From the human T2T-CHM13v2.0 reference genome, Homo sapiens: a stretch of DNA of 64,000 nt. The notes beneath the pieces were generated by a model, which was not told where the DNA came from, did not search any database, and was given only the letters and a program-made list of their open reading frames with translations. Both the position numbers and the translations under genes were made by a program. Positions within the stretch are counted from its first letter, which is position 1. Each line of letters opens with the position of its first letter. The DNA lies in NCBI RefSeq assembly GCF_009914755.1, contig NC_060936.1, one strand, 5' to 3'. Below, one piece after another: positions 59,121 through 64,000 of this stretch.

Positions 59121-59230
59121 TTTAACTCTTTTACTAAAACCTGGTATTGATTTATAATATCTCAATTATATATTTCTTTAACTCTTCTACTAAATCCTGG
59201 TATTGATTTATAATATTTCATTTATATATT
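59121..59230. repeat. Imperfect 56-bp tandem duplication
   Basis: TTTAACTCTT(T/C)TACTAAA(A/T)CCTGGTATTGATTTATAATAT... at 59121 and 59177. Confidence 0.85.
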
Positions 59231-59597
59231 ATTGCCTACTCTTTCTTTTCAGAAAACATTCCTAACCAGCCTCTTTAAGAAAGTTGTTTTCTTAAAAACA
59301 CTAATGTCATGTTTCAGAGTAATGTGTAAAAACTAACAAAATTATATTATGAACACAAAATGTTTGTGGTTATTATTGGGAGGTACTCAGAAATTCATAG
59401 TAATATTCAATACGATCTCTAAAATTAATATTTTTATGTTTACTATTATTACACATCTAACTTTAATAGAGGTGTGCATGGAGAGATTAATGAATACGGA
59501 GAAATCAGGTTTAAGATTTTATAGTCTAAGAAAAAAATAATTTTGATTGTGAAGCCAAACACCTTTCTTTTTTTCTCTTTTTACTGAATTCAAACAG

Positions 59598-59759
59598 TAA
59601 CTACAAGGAATCAGTATATTACTGACATTGCAGCTGAACAGCTGTCTTATGTTATCAGGAGACTTGTACCTTTCACTGAGCACATGATTAGTGTATCTGC
59701 TTTCACCATCATGGGAGAAGGACCACCAACAGTTCTCAGTGTTAGGACACGTCAGCAAG
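59598..59759 (+). CDS. PTPRQ: PTPRQ exon 11 ([15 protein letters not shown]...VRTRQQ)
   Basis: aaacAG| ... |gtaagg; 162 nt, phase 1-1. Confidence 0.95.
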
Positions 59760-59856
59760 GTAAGGATGTATTTCCTTTGAAACAATTAACTGCAAATATT
59801 GCTGTTGTACACTGTGATACTTTTTTTTCATTCATATGTTCATTCTTCTTTTTAAG

Positions 59857-60036
59857 TGCCAAGCTCCATTAAAATTATAAACTATAAAAATATTAGTTCT
59901 TCATCTATTTTGTTATATTGGGATCCTCCAGAATATCCCAATGGAAAAATAACTCACTATACGATTTATGCAATGGAATTGGATACAAACAGAGCATTCC
60001 AGATAACTACCATAGATAACAGCTTTCTCATAACAG
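59857..60036 (+). CDS. PTPRQ: PTPRQ exon 12 ([25 protein letters not shown]...SFLIT)
   Basis: tttaAG| ... |gtagaa; 180 nt, phase 1-1; preceded by a 97-nt intron. Confidence 0.96.
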
Positions 60037-60666
60037 GTAGAAAACAATGTTTTGTTGTTGTTGTTGTTGTTGTTCATTTTACATTTCTATTCTGGTGGAA
60101 AATATGCCCATCTCCCTGTGCCTTATATACTACAGAACACATGCTATGTCACTTCATATTTTGTTGTTTTGTGTCACCATGAATCTTTTTAAAATACCTG
60201 CATACATAACTCGATTAAATGTGTTTTTCTTTTACTAGATTTACCCACAATGAAGTAAAAAGCATCAGATCACAAGCTTCATAGAAATTTACTTAACTGA
60301 AGGAATACTGTATCTGGTATATCAAAATAACTCATTATTGAAGACTAAAATGTACGAATGCAAAAATCAGCTGAAGTAATTCAGCTGACATGGTATTTGT
60401 GCCAAGTCAACTATACACCCTGCAGTGTGCCAAAAAGTTACTTTTGCAACTTTAAATTATTGCCTTAATATTTTAGGAGAGAACTTGAAGTCACCAACAT
60501 AGAAAGGCCTATAAGCCCAAGAATTTGAGGAGACTGCAATTATTTGGAAGCGATATAGATATCTAGTCCCCCGTATAAATTCTTCTTACTGGCCTTATAT
60601 TAAATGGCACCAATCCCAAGAGTATTATTTTAAGGACATTAAACAGTTTGTCTCTTGTCCTTATAG

Positions 60667-60774
60667 GGTTAAAGAAATACACAAAATACAAAATGAGAGT
60701 GGCAGCCTCAACCCACGATGGAGAAAGTTCTTTGTCTGAAGAAAATGACATCTTTGTGAGAACTTCAGAAGATG
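60667..60774 (+). CDS. PTPRQ: PTPRQ exon 13 ([21 protein letters not shown]...RTSED)
   Basis: ttatAG| ... |gtaaga; 108 nt, phase 1-1. Confidence 0.96.
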
Positions 60775-60917
60775 GTAAGAATATCAATTGCAGCTTTAAT
60801 TTTTTTAAAAAAGTGGTTGTAAATGCTCACTGCCTTCACTTCATGCTACCTCTAGGGTCTAAAGCAACAAACATCAATAAAAATATAGGTACTACAAATG
60901 TTCTTTTCTTCCCCTAG

Positions 60918-61199
60918 AACCGGAATCATCACCTCAAGATGTCGAAGTAATTGATGTTACCGCAGATGAAATAAGGTTGAAGTGGTCACCACCCGAAAAG
61001 CCCAATGGGATCATTATTGCTTATGAAGTGCTATATAAAAATATAGATACTTTATATATGAAGAACACATCAACAACAGACATAATATTAAGGAACTTAA
61101 GACCTCACACCCTCTATAACATTTCTGTAAGGTCTTACACCAGATTTGGTCATGGCAATCAGGTATCTTCTTTACTCTCTGTAAGGACTTCGGAGACTG
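60918..61199 (+). CDS. PTPRQ: PTPRQ exon 14 ([11 protein letters not shown]...LSVRTSET), one complete FN3 domain
   Basis: cccctAG| ... |gtgagc; 282 nt, phase 1-1. Confidence 0.96.
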
Positions 61200-61692
61200 G
61201 TGAGCTTTTGTTTTGCTTTGTTTGTTTAATAATACACAGTGATATAGTAAGCAAAGCTGATAATCGCCATGTTGTTTACATTTTACATAACCTAAAATCC
61301 CTCATTATTTTGTTTTGTATAATCCAGAAATTAATTTTCTTTTTCAGGCAAAAGTGCAGGAAAAGGTTTATTGTACAAATTTTTAAGTCTGATTTATATA
61401 AGGGAACTTCTAATCAAAATCTGTGAATTTTCAAATGAAAAGACCTTGAGAAACCAAGGATTCTTTCAATGTACCTATAAATTTTAGATTGAATGGCTAC
61501 TTGCTTTCGAGTTAGGTAAAACTGAGACATACTCATAGGAATAGATTCTGAGATTCTAATGAGGTATGTGTATAGATAGTGGTGCAGAGTGGGAGCACGA
61601 AAATGGCATGCCTGGAGAAGACTTATGGAGGAGACAGCATTTGGCCTGGATCTTAATGAGGAGGTTGGAATGGGCAGAAGGATGTTATAGAG

Positions 61693-62216
61693 CAGGGGTC
61701 CCCAACCTTTTTGGCACTGGGGACCAGTTTCATGGAAGAAAATTTTTCCCCTCCCTCCGGACTAGGGAGGGGAGTGAGGTTGGTTTCTGGATGATTCAAG
61801 CACGTTACGTTTGTTGTGCACTTTATTTCTATTATTATTACATTGTAACATATAATGAAATAATTATACAACTCACCATAATGCAGAATCAATGGGAGCC
61901 CTGAGCTTGTTTTCCTGCAACTAGATGGTCCTATCTGGGGGGTAATGGGAGACAATGACAGATCATCAGGCATTAAATTCTCATAAGAAGCACACAACAT
62001 AGATCCCTTGCATGGGCAATTCACAATAGAGTTTGCGCTCCTATGAAAATCTAATGTCGACACTGATCTGACAGGAGGCAGAGCTCAGGCAGTAATTCAG
62101 GCGATAGGGAGTGGCTGTAAATACAGAAGCTTTATGATGCTCACCTGCTGTGTGGCCCAGTTCCTAACAGGCCATCAGCTGGTACTAGTCCGTGGCGCTG
62201 GGATTGGGGACCCCTG
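61693..62216. mobile_element. MER1A (hAT-Charlie), complete
   Basis: TIRs CAGGGGTCCCCAA...TTGGGGACCCCTG; perfect 8-bp TSD TTATAGAG at 61685-61692 and 62217-62224; 524 bp. Confidence 0.9.
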
Positions 62217-63183
62217 TTATAGAGGTTGCTGGATGGGTTGGGAGAGGATATCCCATCTAAAGGAAGTAAAACAAGCAAGGAATTACTTGTGTTTTAGTTT
62301 CGGTGAAACTAGAGTAAGACAGTTTGTCTGTTAATCTTATTTTGTTGTTTATATTGTGTTATAATTATATATTGGTGGCATAACTATTAGGCCAATTCTA
62401 CAATGTATTTTGAGAATTAATAACTAAATATAAAGTTACTATTTTAATTGTACGTTTAAAACAATAAATATTTACTGACTAGATACTGGTGGAACCACAT
62501 GAAATAATTTTTATAGGTCACAAATGGCCAAATATCAGCAATTTCATATAGTTCAGCCAGATACTATATACGAATTTCTGTCTTGACCTTGAGGATCTAG
62601 AAATCTAGTAAAGTAGCTTACTTTTGTAGAAAAGTATCCTGTTGAGACTATTCACAGAAATGAATACAATGAGATGATACAAAAGAGCCCATAGATAATG
62701 GCAGTAGTTGAAAGTGCAGGAATAAGAAAGTAATGAAAGGAGCATTTTACATTATCAAGAGCCTTGAAGTGACACTTAATTGATATTAATCCATATATTG
62801 GCATGTTTCATTGCTTTTGTAGATATTGTACCTGAAATAAGTATTTTTGAGAAAAATGTCTGCTCTTTAATGACTCAGTTTTATTTTGCAGTGGATTAAG
62901 GAAATGAAACAAGCATATTTTTAGCACCTATTAAGGGTCACGGGCCCTGTTGATAGGTTTCACAGAAACTGTCTTTTAAAAATTCTAAACTAAAGCAATA
63001 CATTATTGTTATCTTCACAGAAAACTAAGTCTAATGAAAAATGGAGGGTTTGAGAGGTTCATTCATTCAAAAAATATTTATAATATACCAGGCCCTACTG
63101 GGGATAAAGTAGTGTAGAAGAAAAGGATTTCCTTCCCTCCTTAAGTTTTATTAGTTGGTGGGTGTTTCATTGCCTAATGGCAC

Positions 63184-63222
63184 CAGCTGGAAAGTGATCA
63201 GCTGGAAAGTGATGAGCTGGAA
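63184..63222. repeat. 15-bp tandem repeat CAGCTGGAAAGTGAT x2.5
   Basis: Direct reading. Confidence 0.85.
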
Positions 63223-64000
63223 TTAGAATCCAAACCCATCTGACTGTAAAACCCATTTCCCTTTCACAGCACATGCTGTTTTTGAAGTAATCAACAAAGC
63301 TGGTAAATTATAAACTATATCTAAGATCTCTCTGTTCATTGTTACACTGATATTTTGTCATTAGGCTTCTGCTCAGCATGGGGAGGAAAGTAATAACTTT
63401 GAAAGATTCTATTGTGATATGAAATAATAACCATTTTTATGAATGCTTATCAAGTATTTCGTTTAAGTGGCCATAGCATCAAGAACACCTTATTTTAATG
63501 ATGAATTATAAAGCAATGTTTTTGTTTTCTGATTATTACATGCACATAATCTTTTACTTAGTATTGAAAATGTAATTTTATTTTCTGTTTTATTGTCTGT
63601 ATGAGTTTAATTCAAAGGCAGGGACAATAAACTTTAAGTGAATATAAATTTTGAGATTTAGTTTAAAATGAGAATTTTAATTTTGGAAAGTGTCTTAGAA
63701 AACATGCAGAGCCCTTTATTTTTTAGGTGAGAAGACCTAGGACCATTTGGGTAAAAGGACTCACAAGTTATAGTACATGAGAAGTAAAGTTGGGGCTTGA
63801 CTATAGGCCTCCTGACCCCCATTACAGGCCTCGTTTAATAGGCTCCTGAGATGGCTAAAAAAATAAAGAGAAGGGGAAACCAACATATCCCATGGCTTCC
63901 TAGCCAGGCCTAACAATCAGAGTATAGGGTTTAATGCCCATCTTCCTAATATCTGGTTCTCTGTCCTAAGTTAGGGTTGTCTCAAGTTCTGTGCATTTTC

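Noticed and set aside
63184-63222. Repeated CAGCTG E-boxes as an ATOH1-type enhancer
   Set aside because: Produced by a small tandem duplication in what looks like a MIR remnant; no other support.

Overview
AT-rich primate (almost certainly human) genomic DNA covering the 5' part of PTPRQ, the receptor-type phosphatase and DFNB84A deafness gene, on the + strand. Fourteen consecutive coding exons (8973..61199) splice in frame with GT-AG introns into a signal peptide followed by a fibronectin type III (FN3) array. About a third of the window is LINE-1: three near-full-length, inactivated L1PA elements (one antisense and nested in an older L1, two sense), plus five Alus, MER/Tigger DNA transposons, MLT solo LTRs and MIRs. 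Main observations: (1) two phase-compatible FN3-coding exons lie UPSTREAM of the signal-peptide exon (751..1008, 8378..8538), implying a longer or ancestral ectodomain and a derived internal first exon; (2) the three independently inserted L1s share non-consensus changes, including the same ORF2 nonsense codon, suggesting local gene conversion; (3) those L1s flank exons 4-6 as inverted repeats and exons 7-8 (exactly one FN3 module, in frame) as direct repeats; (4) a possible in-frame L1 ORF0-PTPRQ exon 4 fusion from the L1 antisense promoter. Gene and repeat names come from recognition, not database searches; old-repeat boundaries are approximate.
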